Shown piece after piece: positions 16,913-24,523 of a stretch of DNA of 32,000 nt. How positions within the stretch are numbered: position 1 is the stretch's first letter; each line of letters begins with the position of its first letter. Origin of the DNA: Candidatus Jordarchaeales archaeon (GTDB taxonomy: Archaea > Asgardarchaeota > Jordiarchaeia > Jordiarchaeales > Freyrarchaeaceae); contig JAWAHN010000001.1 of assembly GCA_038889235.1 (NCBI GenBank), forward strand, positions 995,636 to 1,027,635, in the 5' to 3' direction. Both the position numbers and the translations under genes were made by a program. The notes under the pieces are model-generated. The model saw nothing but the letters and a program-made list of their open reading frames with translations, did not search any database and was not told the DNA's origin.

Positions 16913-19585
16913 GTGTCTAGCGTGTCCTTGAGGTTTACCAAAAGAATCCACTCCATACGGTTTAGTGTGCTTTCTCCAGACGAAATAAGGCGTATGTCCG
17001 CTACACGAATAATTACGCCCGACACGTATGATGAGGACGGTACCCCCATAGAGACTGGACTTATGGACGAACGTTTGGGGACTGTAGAACCTGGGCGGCG
17101 TTGTAAGCTTTGCGGTAACCCCATAGGTGAATGTATCGGCCACTTCGGGCATATCGAACTCGTCCGCCCGGTGATACACGTAGGCTTTGTTAAAATTCTT
17201 CATAAAGTTCTAAGAGCTACATGCCGACGTTGTTGCAGACTTCTGCTTCCAGAGGAACAGATAAACGCCTTTTTAATAGAAATGGAAAAGTACGAGGCTG
17301 AAACCGGAGAATTAAGTGACGAAATAGCTGAAGAGGTATTCCGCCGCGCATCCAGAACCACGATATGCCCTCACTGCGGCGAAACCCAACGCAAAGTTAG
17401 GCTTGAAAAACCAACTACGTTTTATGAGGAAACAGAGACTGGATCGATAAGGCTCACGCCGAGTGATGTACGCGAACGGTGCGAACGTGTACCTGACACG
17501 GATTGCAAACTCCTCGGAATAAATCCAAAGTACGCCCGTCCTGAGTGGATGGTACTTACAGTTCTCCCCGTGCCACCGGTCTGTGTCAGACCAAGTATAA
17601 CCCTTGAATCAGGTGTTCGTTCAGAAGATGATTTAACTCATAAGCTCGTCGATATAATCAGGATAAATCAACGTTTAAGGGAGAACATAGAAGCGGGGGC
17701 TCCACAACTTATTGTTGAAGACTTATGGGAGTTGTTGCAATATCACGTAACCACTTACTTTGACAATGAAATCTCCGGCATACCTCCAGCCCGTCATCGT
17801 TCAGGAAGAGTTCTTAGAACTCTTTCCCAGAGATTGAAAGGCAAAGAAGGGCGTTTCAGGAGCAATTTATCCGGAAAACGCGTAGACTTCTCAGCTAGGA
17901 CGGTGATATCTCCTGACCCAAACATCGGGATTAATGAAGTAGGAGTGCCTATCGAGGTAGCTAAAATCCTGACCATACCCGAAAGGGTAACGGAACTCAA
18001 CATCGAAGAAATGAAAGAACTTGTTATGAGAGGACCTGACGAACACCCTGGAGCAAACTACATAATTAGAAGCGACGGGAAACGAATAGACTTGAGGTTT
18101 GTCAAAAACAGGCAAAAAGTCGCTGAAGAACTTACTCCCGGATGTATAGTTGAACGCCACCTTAACGACGGAGATATAGTACTTTTCAATAGACAACCGT
18201 CCCTCCACAGAATGAGTATCATGGCACATGAAGTTAGAGTTATGCCCTACAAGACGTTTAGGTTAAACCTCTGTGTGTGTCCACCTTACAATGCCGACTT
18301 TGATGGGGACGAGATGAACCTCCACGTACCGCAATCAGAGGAAGCTAGAGTAGAAGCATACGTACTTATGAGAGTTCAAGAACATATCCTAAGCCCACGT
18401 TACGGAGGTCCAATCATAGGAGGGCTCCAGGACTTCATTACATCTGCATACCTTTTAACCAGAAAACAGACATTACTCACTAAAGAAGAAGCTTGTGAAC
18501 TCGCTCTAGCTGCTGGAATAACCGAGCTTCCTCCACCAGCAGTAACAGAACCAGTTCCTCTTTGGACTGGAAAACAAATTTTCAGTTTGACCCTACCTAA
18601 GGGGCTTACTGCACGTTTCAAATCAAAGCTGTGCAAACACTGTGATACATGCCGCAAGGATGAGTGTCCTCACGATGCATACGTGGTAGTTATCGACGGA
18701 GTTCTTCAGAAGGGTGTCATAGACAAAGCGGCTTTCGGGGCAGGCGTCCCCGAAAGTCTTCTTCACAAAATAGCAAGAGATTTCGGCACCGATGCTGCAA
18801 GGCAATTCCTAGATTCAGTAACACGAATGTTAATCAGGTACATTACGAACAAGGGCTTCACCTTAGGTCTAGATGACATGGAAATACCTGAAGAAGCGGT
18901 TCAACGCATAAACGAAATACTAGAGGAAGGAGAGCGCAGAGTTAACGAACTAATAGAGACCTACAGGAGAGGCGAGCTTGAAGCTTTACCGGGACGTACC
19001 ATAGAAGAAAGTCTTGAAATGTTAATTATGCAAGAACTCAACAATGTTAGAGACAAAGCTGGTGAAATCGCCAGCGAATATCTAGGTCCAAACAACCATG
19101 CAGTAATAATGGCGTTGACAGGTGCACGCGGCACCATGCTTAACCTTGCAATGATGGCTGCATGTGTAGGGCAACAATCAGTTAGAGGGCAACGTATACA
19201 TAGAGGATATCGAGGAAGAACTTTACCACACTTCAAAAAAGGCGACCTGAGCGCTAAATCAAGAGGCTTTGTAGCTTCCCACTACAGGAAAGGATTAGAC
19301 CCAATAGAGTTCTTCTTCCACGCGATGGGTGGACGAGAGGGCTTGGTAGACACTGCAGTAAAAACGTCGCAATCCGGATACCTACAACGCAGGCTCATTA
19401 ACGCTCTTCAAGATGTAAAGGTCGAATATGACGGCACGGTAAGAGACTCCACAGGTCGTATCATACAATTCAAATACGGAGAAGACTTAGTTGACCCAAC
19501 TAAAAGTTGGTATGGTAAAGCAGTCAACATTGACACAATAATTGATGAATACATATTGCAGCATTCTAAATTATCCAAAAAATGA
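16913..19585 (+). CDS. rpoA1: DNA-directed RNA polymerase subunit A' (Rpo1N)
   Basis: 890 aa. Motifs CKLCGNPIGECIGHFGHIEL, NRQPSLHRMS and the catalytic YNADFDGDEMNLH. The length and end point are typical of the archaeal A'/A'' split. In-frame GTG starts occur at 16913 and 16922. Confidence 0.95.
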   Translation: MSSVSLRFTKRIHSIRFSVLSPDEIRRMSATRIITPDTYDEDGTPIETGLMDERLGTVEPGRRCKLCGNPIGECIGHFGHIELVRPVIHVGFVKILHKVLRATCRRCCRLLLPEEQINAFLIEMEKYEAETGELSDEIAEEVFRRASRTTICPHCGETQRKVRLEKPTTFYEETETGSIRLTPSDVRERCERVPDTDCKLLGINPKYARPEWMVLTVLPVPPVCVRPSITLESGVRSEDDLTHKLVDIIRINQRLRENIEAGAPQLIVEDLWELLQYHVTTYFDNEISGIPPARHRSGRVLRTLSQRLKGKEGRFRSNLSGKRVDFSARTVISPDPNIGINEVGVPIEVAKILTIPERVTELNIEEMKELVMRGPDEHPGANYIIRSDGKRIDLRFVKNRQKVAEELTPGCIVERHLNDGDIVLFNRQPSLHRMSIMAHEVRVMPYKTFRLNLCVCPPYNADFDGDEMNLHVPQSEEARVEAYVLMRVQEHILSPRYGGPIIGGLQDFITSAYLLTRKQTLLTKEEACELALAAGITELPPPAVTEPVPLWTGKQIFSLTLPKGLTARFKSKLCKHCDTCRKDECPHDAYVVVIDGVLQKGVIDKAAFGAGVPESLLHKIARDFGTDAARQFLDSVTRMLIRYITNKGFTLGLDDMEIPEEAVQRINEILEEGERRVNELIETYRRGELEALPGRTIEESLEMLIMQELNNVRDKAGEIASEYLGPNNHAVIMALTGARGTMLNLAMMAACVGQQSVRGQRIHRGYRGRTLPHFKKGDLSAKSRGFVASHYRKGLDPIEFFFHAMGGREGLVDTAVKTSQSGYLQRRLINALQDVKVEYDGTVRDSTGRIIQFKYGEDLVDPTKSWYGKAVNIDTIIDEYILQHSKLSKK

Positions 19586-19657
19586 CAAATAAATAAAAAC
19601 CTCAAAATTATTTTTCAATTAAACTTTTTCTAGTGTTGCAACGTATTTATCCGTTTG

Positions 19658-20554
19658 CTATCTTAGCTCTTTTTCAAGGGCCTGAGCTATTAGGGGGGCT
19701 ACGCTAACCTGACTTACTGGGCTAGGAATAGTATCTGTGGCGATTACGTGTTCTGCTCCCGCTTTGTATATTTTCTTTAACGCGTTATCAACAAGAATAG
19801 CGTGCGTGCAAGCAGCGATTATTGTTTTGGCATGCATATTTTTGAGTAACTGAATTGTTTTTACAAGGGTCCCTCCTGTTGAAATTATGTCATCCACTAT
19901 GATAACATCTCTTCCTTGGACTTGAAGCTGGCGTACGCCTATTTCTACTTCCGTCGAACTTATCCTCTTTTTCTCTAGAACATCGTAATCCGTGCAGAGT
20001 ACTGACGCCACAACTTTTGCCCACTGTTCAGATTCTTCATCGGGCCCTATTACAAGAGGCTCTTCCATTTTGAAGTTCTTCATTATGTATTGTGCCAGCA
20101 GGGGCATAGCGGTAAGGTTCTCAGCGGGTATCTTAAATATCTCACTTACGCTCCCTACTCGGTGCAAGTGCATATCTATCGTTATAACTTTATCTGTTCC
20201 TGTCTTCTCAATAAGAGAAGCTACTGTTTTGAGACTTAATGCCTCCCCCTTGTTAAACCGTTGGTCCTGCCTCGAGTAAGGAAAATATGGTATCACACTC
20301 AATATTCTTTTAGCTCCTAAGTCCCTTAAAGCATCCACTAGGAGGAAGTACTCTATGAGGTGTTCGTCAGGGGTATGGTGCATCGAATGTATTACTGCAA
20401 CATGATACCCTTCGACGTCACCTTCCACCCTAACGTATTTTTCTCCGTCGGGAAATTTCTTGTAGTCGCAATCTATGAATGGCGCCTGAAGCATTTTTGC
20501 GACCTTAAGCGCTAAGACCTGTGATGTAGAGCCTCCCACTATTGCAAGCTTCAT
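19658..20554 (-). CDS. prs: ribose-phosphate pyrophosphokinase
   Basis: 298 aa. Motifs KFPDGEKYVRV and YFPYSRQD, plus the PRPP loop VIIVDDIISTGGTL. Confidence 0.9.
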   Translation of the reverse strand: MKLAIVGGSTSQVLALKVAKMLQAPFIDCDYKKFPDGEKYVRVEGDVEGYHVAVIHSMHHTPDEHLIEYFLLVDALRDLGAKRILSVIPYFPYSRQDQRFNKGEALSLKTVASLIEKTGTDKVITIDMHLHRVGSVSEIFKIPAENLTAMPLLAQYIMKNFKMEEPLVIGPDEESEQWAKVVASVLCTDYDVLEKKRISSTEVEIGVRQLQVQGRDVIIVDDIISTGGTLVKTIQLLKNMHAKTIIAACTHAILVDNALKKIYKAGAEHVIATDTIPSPVSQVSVAPLIAQALEKELR

Positions 20555-20662
20555 TTTTATCTCCTTCCTTTACCTAAGGCTGATGAACGCTTCCTTCTTT
20601 ATAAGTCATCGATATCTTTTTAAAGGTTTAACCTTAGTTAGGGGCTCTGAGGGGAGTTATGT

Positions 20663-21214
20663 TTGGCTTGGACTATTTGGCTCTTCGGTCTACCCGGCTC
20701 TGGTAAAAGCACTATTGCTCACGAGCTGCAGGCTATACTAAAGGAGCGAGGTATTAATGCGCAAATTCTCTCGACAGACATTCTAAGAAAGGTTGTAACT
20801 CCCAAACCAACATATTCGGAAGAAGAACGAGAGATCGTTTATGGCACTCTGGTCTTTATCGCCCGTTTGCTTAACGATAATGGTGTTAACGTCATAATTG
20901 ATGCCACGGCTAATAGGAATGCTTACAGGGAAAGAGGAAAAAAAGAAATCAAAAACATAATTTTCGCTTATGTTAAATGCCCCCTAGAAGTTTGCATACA
21001 ACGCGAAGCAACAAGGCAGGAAACTTACGGTGCACCTAGGAGAATATATGAAAAAGGTTTGACTGGGGAGAGCAAAACCGTTCCGGGTTTAGGTGTTCCA
21101 TTCGAGGAGCCTGAAAACCCGGATGTTGTTGTCGAGTCTGACAAGCTCTCCCCCAGAGAGTGCGCTTTAAAGATTCTCGACACTTTAATGAAAAGATTTT
21201 ATGCATCTAACTAG
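20663..21214 (+). CDS. P-loop kinase, adenylyl-sulfate (APS) kinase-like
   Basis: 183 aa with a TTG start. Walker A GLPGSGKST. CysC-like C-terminal pattern VPGLGVPFEEPENPDVVV. The substrate is not established. Confidence 0.6.
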   Translation: MAWTIWLFGLPGSGKSTIAHELQAILKERGINAQILSTDILRKVVTPKPTYSEEEREIVYGTLVFIARLLNDNGVNVIIDATANRNAYRERGKKEIKNIIFAYVKCPLEVCIQREATRQETYGAPRRIYEKGLTGESKTVPGLGVPFEEPENPDVVVESDKLSPRECALKILDTLMKRFYASN

Positions 21215-22293
21215 TAGCTCTTGAGATAGGAGTTCACTTCCTTTGGATTGAACTCTTCGCACTCAAGCACGTTGTTAATGAAGTTTAAGAGTTTTCTCCG
21301 TGTTTCTGGGGTAAGTGTTGGATACCATTGAGGGTGAGATATCACTGAGCCCCGCCAGGCATAAAATGGCTGAACCACTTTGAGGAGTTCTTCGTCTCCT
21401 GTTTTTTCGAGGTAATTCTCGTAAAATAGGTCGAAAAGTTTTTTAAATGGGTCTGCAAGGTGGCCGAAAGTAAGCACACTGAAGAATATGTAGTTTATAG
21501 TCATAGCGGTCACGTCGTCAGCTGGCTCTCCCCACTCACCTCTGCTTCTGTCTAAAAGCGTGAAATCCGTTCCCTCTCTAAAAAGAACGTTCCAAGGGTG
21601 GTAATCCCCGTGAACCACACTTAACCTGTGAGCACACTTTTTGAGTTTCCACCTCCACTCAACGCACTTTTTCTCGATCCTCAGTAAGTCTTCTTCCGTC
21701 GCATACGCGGGGTTAGGGGTATATGTGTCAAGCAGCCCCATGAGCCCCTCTCCGTGACCAACTAAGTCCCTTATTCTTCTAATGTAGATGTGAGGTGCGT
21801 CCTTTTTCTCTTTATGAATTTCCACCAGGTAGTTGGAGAGGGCTATTGCTCTATCGATATCTAACTGTCTCAATTTCTTCTCCTCAGAAAGCCTATCTAG
21901 GTCGAATTTGTACAAATTTCCCTCAGCGTACTCCATGAGAACGAAAAACTCTTCCACGTTCCCGACAGAAACTATCCCCCCTTCCCTGGTTACCCCTCCA
22001 CAGTCAAAGGAGCGAACATGCCTGGGAAGCTTATTGTACGTTTGGTGAGCCAGTAAAACAACTTGTGCTCTGTCCGGCATAAATTCGTGACCATAAGGTC
22101 CAGGAACAACAAAGCTCATAACCATCTTTTTTACTTCATTCCCCACCTTCGCCTCTATGAGGCGAGGAACACCGTAGCCTACTTCCTTTATGTCCTCTTT
22201 CTCTCCACCAAGTCTCTTAACATTCAACACCTCAACACTTTTTTCAAAGACTCGAGTAAGATATTCTTCAAGTTTCTCTTTTGAAATAGACAA
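21211..22293 (-). CDS. aminoglycoside/choline-kinase-like phosphotransferase (protein-kinase-like fold)
   Basis: 360 aa. Catalytic-loop motif VVHGDYHPWNVLF followed by LLDRSRGEWGEPADD. Confidence 0.7.
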   Translation of the reverse strand: MSISKEKLEEYLTRVFEKSVEVLNVKRLGGEKEDIKEVGYGVPRLIEAKVGNEVKKMVMSFVVPGPYGHEFMPDRAQVVLLAHQTYNKLPRHVRSFDCGGVTREGGIVSVGNVEEFFVLMEYAEGNLYKFDLDRLSEEKKLRQLDIDRAIALSNYLVEIHKEKKDAPHIYIRRIRDLVGHGEGLMGLLDTYTPNPAYATEEDLLRIEKKCVEWRWKLKKCAHRLSVVHGDYHPWNVLFREGTDFTLLDRSRGEWGEPADDVTAMTINYIFFSVLTFGHLADPFKKLFDLFYENYLEKTGDEELLKVVQPFYAWRGSVISHPQWYPTLTPETRRKLLNFINNVLECEEFNPKEVNSYLKSY

Positions 22294-22426
22294 TGAAACT
22301 ACACCCCCTCAAAACCTGTAGTCACTTAACTCGGGTACTTTAATTGAGAAATACCTTTCGTTAAAAGCTTAATCGTTAAACGTGTGGTTTAATTTCTTCA
22401 AGAAAAGAAGAACGGAACACGCAAAG

Positions 22427-22434
22427 TTAAAATA
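22427..22434 (+). promoter_or_regulatory. candidate TATA box for the tRNA-Ser gene
   Basis: TTAAAATA preceded by purine-rich AAAG (BRE-like), about 30 nt upstream of the GGGC leader and tRNA 5' end at 22463-22467. Confidence 0.35.
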
Positions 22435-22482
22435 TTGTTTTCACTCTTCAAACACTCTAGAAGGGCGCCCGGGTCGCCTAGA

Positions 22483-22501
22483 AGAATTTCTACTTTGGGC
22501 A
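22483..22501 (+). other. tRNA-Ser intron 1 (19 nt, D-loop)
   Basis: Central helix: C477 C478 U479 A480 pairs with U496 G497 G498 G499. The bulges are G481 A482 A483 and C500 A501 A502. The inner and outer helices are short and GU-rich. The mature D-loop is AGAAUGGUA. Confidence 0.6.
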
Positions 22502-22516
22502 ATGGTAGGGCGGTGG

Positions 22517-22539
22517 AGCCCCTAAAAAAGGGCGCCGTA
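22517..22539 (+). other. tRNA-Ser intron 2 (23 nt, anticodon stem position 30/31)
   Basis: Canonical hBHBh'. The outer helix pairs G508-G510 with C541-C543. The central helix pairs C511 G512 G513 U514 with G534 C535 C536 G537. The bulges are G515 G516 A517 and U538 A539 G540. The inner helix pairs G518-C521 with G530-C533, with loop CUAAAAAA. Confidence 0.8.
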
Positions 22540-22546
22540 GCTCGAG

Positions 22547-22577
22547 ATCTTTCCCAAAGAAATTTGGGGGAAGATAA
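22547..22577 (+). other. tRNA-Ser intron 3 (31 nt, canonical position 37/38)
   Basis: The geometry is right: bulges A545 G546 A547 and A576 A577 A578, inner helix U548-C553 with G566-A571, and GAAA-capped hairpin CCCAAA GAAA UUUGGG. However, the central helix has only 2 of 4 Watson-Crick pairs. A cut 1-2 nt upstream would give the loop CUCGAAA instead of CUCGAGA. Confidence 0.65.
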
Positions 22578-22590
22578 ACCCACTGGCGGA

Positions 22591-22607
22591 TTCCGTATGG
22601 ACGCAAG
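22591..22607 (+). other. tRNA-Ser putative intron 4 (17 nt, variable-arm loop) - tentative
   Basis: The unspliced variable region would be 34 nt. In the candidate BHB, the central helix pairs G586 C587 G588 with C602 G603 C604 (3 of 4). The bulges are G589 A590 U591 and A606 G607 C608. The inner hairpin is UCC GUAU GGA. Removal leaves U GGCGG ACAC CCGCC GC, a typical tRNA-Ser variable arm. An alternative 14-nt excision (22596-22609) is possible. Confidence 0.45.
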
Positions 22608-22628
22608 CACCCGCCGCGCGCGTTCGAA

Positions 22629-22659
22629 TGGAAAAGGGAGATTCACTCCCTCCCGGGCA
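22629..22659 (+). other. tRNA-Ser intron 5 (31 nt, T-loop position 59/60)
   Basis: Canonical hBHBh'. The outer helix is the T-stem, G618-G622 with C661-C665. The central helix pairs U623 U624 C625 G626 with C654 G655 G656 G657. The bulges are A627 A628 U629 and C658 A659 U660. The inner helix pairs G630 G631 A632 with U651 C652 C653, followed by hairpin GGGAG AUUCA CUCCC. Confidence 0.8.
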
Positions 22660-22688
22660 TCGCGCCCCGGGCGCCACCATCCTTTAAC

Positions 22689-23186
22689 TCAGTCTAGTAC
22701 ATATCCTAGCTTCTTTACTAGTTCTCTCCTCTCCTCTTTCTGTTTCTCGTTTTCTACTGCTGTGACACTAGTCCCATCAACGGCCCCAATAATTGCCCGC
22801 CCAAGATCAGTTTCCGCTACTAGTATTTGGACAGGGTTACCAGTTGCTACTATTATGTTGCATACTGCTGGGATCCTTTTAAGGGTGTTTAGCACATTGA
22901 TTGGATAAGCGTTTCTGACTAAGACAACATATGCATGTGAAGCTCCTATGGCTAAAGCGTTCTTTGCAGCTAGACTCTTCAACCTCTCGTCATTTCCATT
23001 GACTCTTACGAGACGTGGTGCTGCCTCGTTCATTGCTACGCCACATTTAATTCCGGGGACTGACGTTAGCAGCTCTCTAAAAATATTGTCGACAGTGTAT
23101 ATTGTAAAGTTGGCCATCCCGCAGATAAATTGATCATCCTTCTCCTTCTCTATTGGGACGACGTGAATTTTAACACTCATGCCCAA
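22689..23186 (-). CDS. adenosine-specific kinase family protein (PF04008/DUF355-like)
   Basis: 165 aa. Family-typical blocks: VPGIKCGVAMNEAAPRLVRVNGND, AIGASHAYVV, AYPINVLNTLK, VATGNPVQILVAETDLGRAIIGAVDG. Confidence 0.65.
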   Translation of the reverse strand: MGMSVKIHVVPIEKEKDDQFICGMANFTIYTVDNIFRELLTSVPGIKCGVAMNEAAPRLVRVNGNDERLKSLAAKNALAIGASHAYVVLVRNAYPINVLNTLKRIPAVCNIIVATGNPVQILVAETDLGRAIIGAVDGTSVTAVENEKQKEERRELVKKLGYVLD

Positions 23187-23254
23187 TCACCTTAAATCAG
23201 GTTCGCTGGTACCTTTTCTTAATCTTTTTGGTTTTCCGCCTTCACTTTCAAGTT

Positions 23255-24523
23255 TTAGACCGAAATTTTCGCTGAAAACGGTTCTCCAAGCAGTTTTTCT
23301 GAAGCTTTAGCGACAACTTCTCTATACTTTTCGTCCGTGTAAACTCTTATAATATTCAAAAATCCCTTCATTACTGACACTATGTTCGACACATCTTCTA
23401 ACCGTAGTACCCTCTTTCTTCCGTCCTTCCCTCTTTGAACTATCGGCAAGTTTGCAGCGTCCTCATCCATAGTCCTGTGGTAGGGAACCGACGGCAAAGT
23501 CGGCACATCTATATAAACGTTTTCCACGTCAACGCCGGCTTCCTCCGCTATTTCCTCTTCAAGCCGTCTTTTAATCGCTTCTTTGGTCATAATTGCTGAA
23601 AAAACTCCGTTCCTCACGAAAAATATCTTTTCATAGGACACTTTTGGTAAATCTCGCATCTTGAGCCTCTCGATGTAAGGCTTAGATCCTTTACATTGAA
23701 GCATAAGCCCCCACACAGAGTAGTCATCATAGTTTAAGTACTCCTGAGGGCTCACCTTTACTATGTTTATCTCCTCATTAACTTTCTCCAGTCCTTTTTC
23801 CAAAAGAATTTGGGCAGCTCTAGACGCTTTATGAAAGTATATGCTCCTAAAAAGCTCAACCCTGGCCACAAGGAAGGATTCTAAAGTTGGTAGCGCCACT
23901 AAGTCTACCGCTAGATTTCCTTCGTGAAGGTCTATGGTGTGTATTAAGCGAAAGACGTCAATGGAGGCGAACTCTCCCCCAGTGTGGTAGGAGTCTCTCA
24001 GAATATAGTCGAGCTTGTCGCAATCAATCGAGCTAGAAATTATTTGACTTAAAAACTCTTTATGCTTCTTCTGTAGTTTACCTACGGCTAGAAGTGCTAC
24101 GTCTTTAGCGTTTAATCCAATCGACTCTACAGCGTCTTTGAGTGAAGTTTGCGTAATTATTTCCATAGTAATGTCTTCATGTGTCTTTTTAAGGTGCCTA
24201 ATAAGCAGCGCTTCAAACACATGGCTGAATGGACCATGCCCCACATCGTGAAGCAGCCCAGCTATTTTAATCATTTCTACAGCGTCGCTTTCTAAATACC
24301 CCTTACTCACTAAGGACTCGGCCATTAAATTTGAAAGGTGCATTACACCGAGGGAGTGTTCAAACCGTGTATGGACTCCCGCAGGGTAAACAAATTCGCT
24401 TCCAGCTAACTGCCTTATTCTACGCAATCTTTGGACAGCTTCTGTATCTATCACCTTTACTTCTTCGAAATCGCATTGAATGTAACCATAAATGGGATCT
24501 TTGATCAGGATTTTTTTCTTCAC
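23255..24523 (-). CDS. HD-domain phosphohydrolase, SAMHD1/EF1143-like (COG1078; putative dNTP triphosphohydrolase)
   Basis: 422 aa. Motifs RFEHSLGV, LLHDVGHGPFSH, DCDKLDYILRDSYHTG. Confidence 0.85.
   Translation of the reverse strand: MKKKILIKDPIYGYIQCDFEEVKVIDTEAVQRLRRIRQLAGSEFVYPAGVHTRFEHSLGVMHLSNLMAESLVSKGYLESDAVEMIKIAGLLHDVGHGPFSHVFEALLIRHLKKTHEDITMEIITQTSLKDAVESIGLNAKDVALLAVGKLQKKHKEFLSQIISSSIDCDKLDYILRDSYHTGGEFASIDVFRLIHTIDLHEGNLAVDLVALPTLESFLVARVELFRSIYFHKASRAAQILLEKGLEKVNEEINIVKVSPQEYLNYDDYSVWGLMLQCKGSKPYIERLKMRDLPKVSYEKIFFVRNGVFSAIMTKEAIKRRLEEEIAEEAGVDVENVYIDVPTLPSVPYHRTMDEDAANLPIVQRGKDGRKRVLRLEDVSNIVSVMKGFLNIIRVYTDEKYREVVAKASEKLLGEPFSAKISV

Larger units (their letters stand above)
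22467..22676 (+). tRNA. tRNA-Ser(CGA), class II, interrupted by 4-5 BHB introns; mature 89 nt including encoded CCA
   Basis: Exons are 22467-22482, 22502-22516, 22540-22546, 22578-22590, 22608-22628 and 22660-22676. Joined sequence: GCCCGGG UC GCCU AGAAUGGUA GGGC G GUGGG CUCGAGA CCCAC UGGCGGACACCCGCCGC GCGCG UUCGAAU CGCGC CCCGGGC G CCA. The fold has a 7-bp acceptor, U8, A14, G18G19, A21, a fully paired anticodon stem, U33, G53:C61, a T-loop UUCGAAU, a long variable arm and G73 as expected for Ser. Confidence 0.8.

Noticed and set aside
16861-17203. Minus-strand ORFs 16861-17124 and 16886-17203
   Set aside because: They are antisense to the highly conserved 5' end of rpoA1, with no motifs.
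20578-20655. Possible C/D box sRNA (UGAUGA at 20581-20586, CUGA at 20647-20650) in the prs / kinase intergenic region
   Set aside because: There is no recognisable internal D'/C' pair and no terminal stem flanking the boxes. Isolated box matches are expected by chance in a divergent promoter region.
22530-22546. GGGCGCCGTAGCTCGAG looks like the 5' end of a second tRNA (acceptor plus UAGCUC D-arm box), suggesting a split or permuted tRNA
   Set aside because: No matching GAGC D-stem partner exists, and the acceptor complement is imperfect. The segment is the 3' end of intron 2 (central helix strand and bulge) fused to the 7-nt anticodon exon.
20663-22676. The long terminal helix plus ACCA suggested tRNA-Sec, with the nearby P-loop kinase acting as PSTK
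   Set aside because: The spliced RNA has a normal 7/5 acceptor/T-stem geometry and anticodon CGA, not UCA. The kinase has an APS-kinase-like C-terminal motif and is too short for PSTK.
22455-22690. GC-rich structured RNA first considered as SRP (7S) RNA or RNase P RNA
   Set aside because: There is no helix-8 signature (GNAR tetraloop flanked by AGG/AGCA) and no Alu-domain UGUAA motif. The RNase P CR-I GAGGAAAGUCC motif is also absent on both strands. The T-arm, acceptor, discriminator and CCA adjacency, together with the BHB folds, explain the whole region as an intron-rich tRNA.
22398-22908. ORFs 22398-22646 (minus) and 22435-22908 (plus)
   Set aside because: They run through the tRNA-Ser locus and antisense to the adenosine-kinase-like gene. 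Their Arg/Gly/Pro-rich composition is a by-product of the GC-rich RNA gene.
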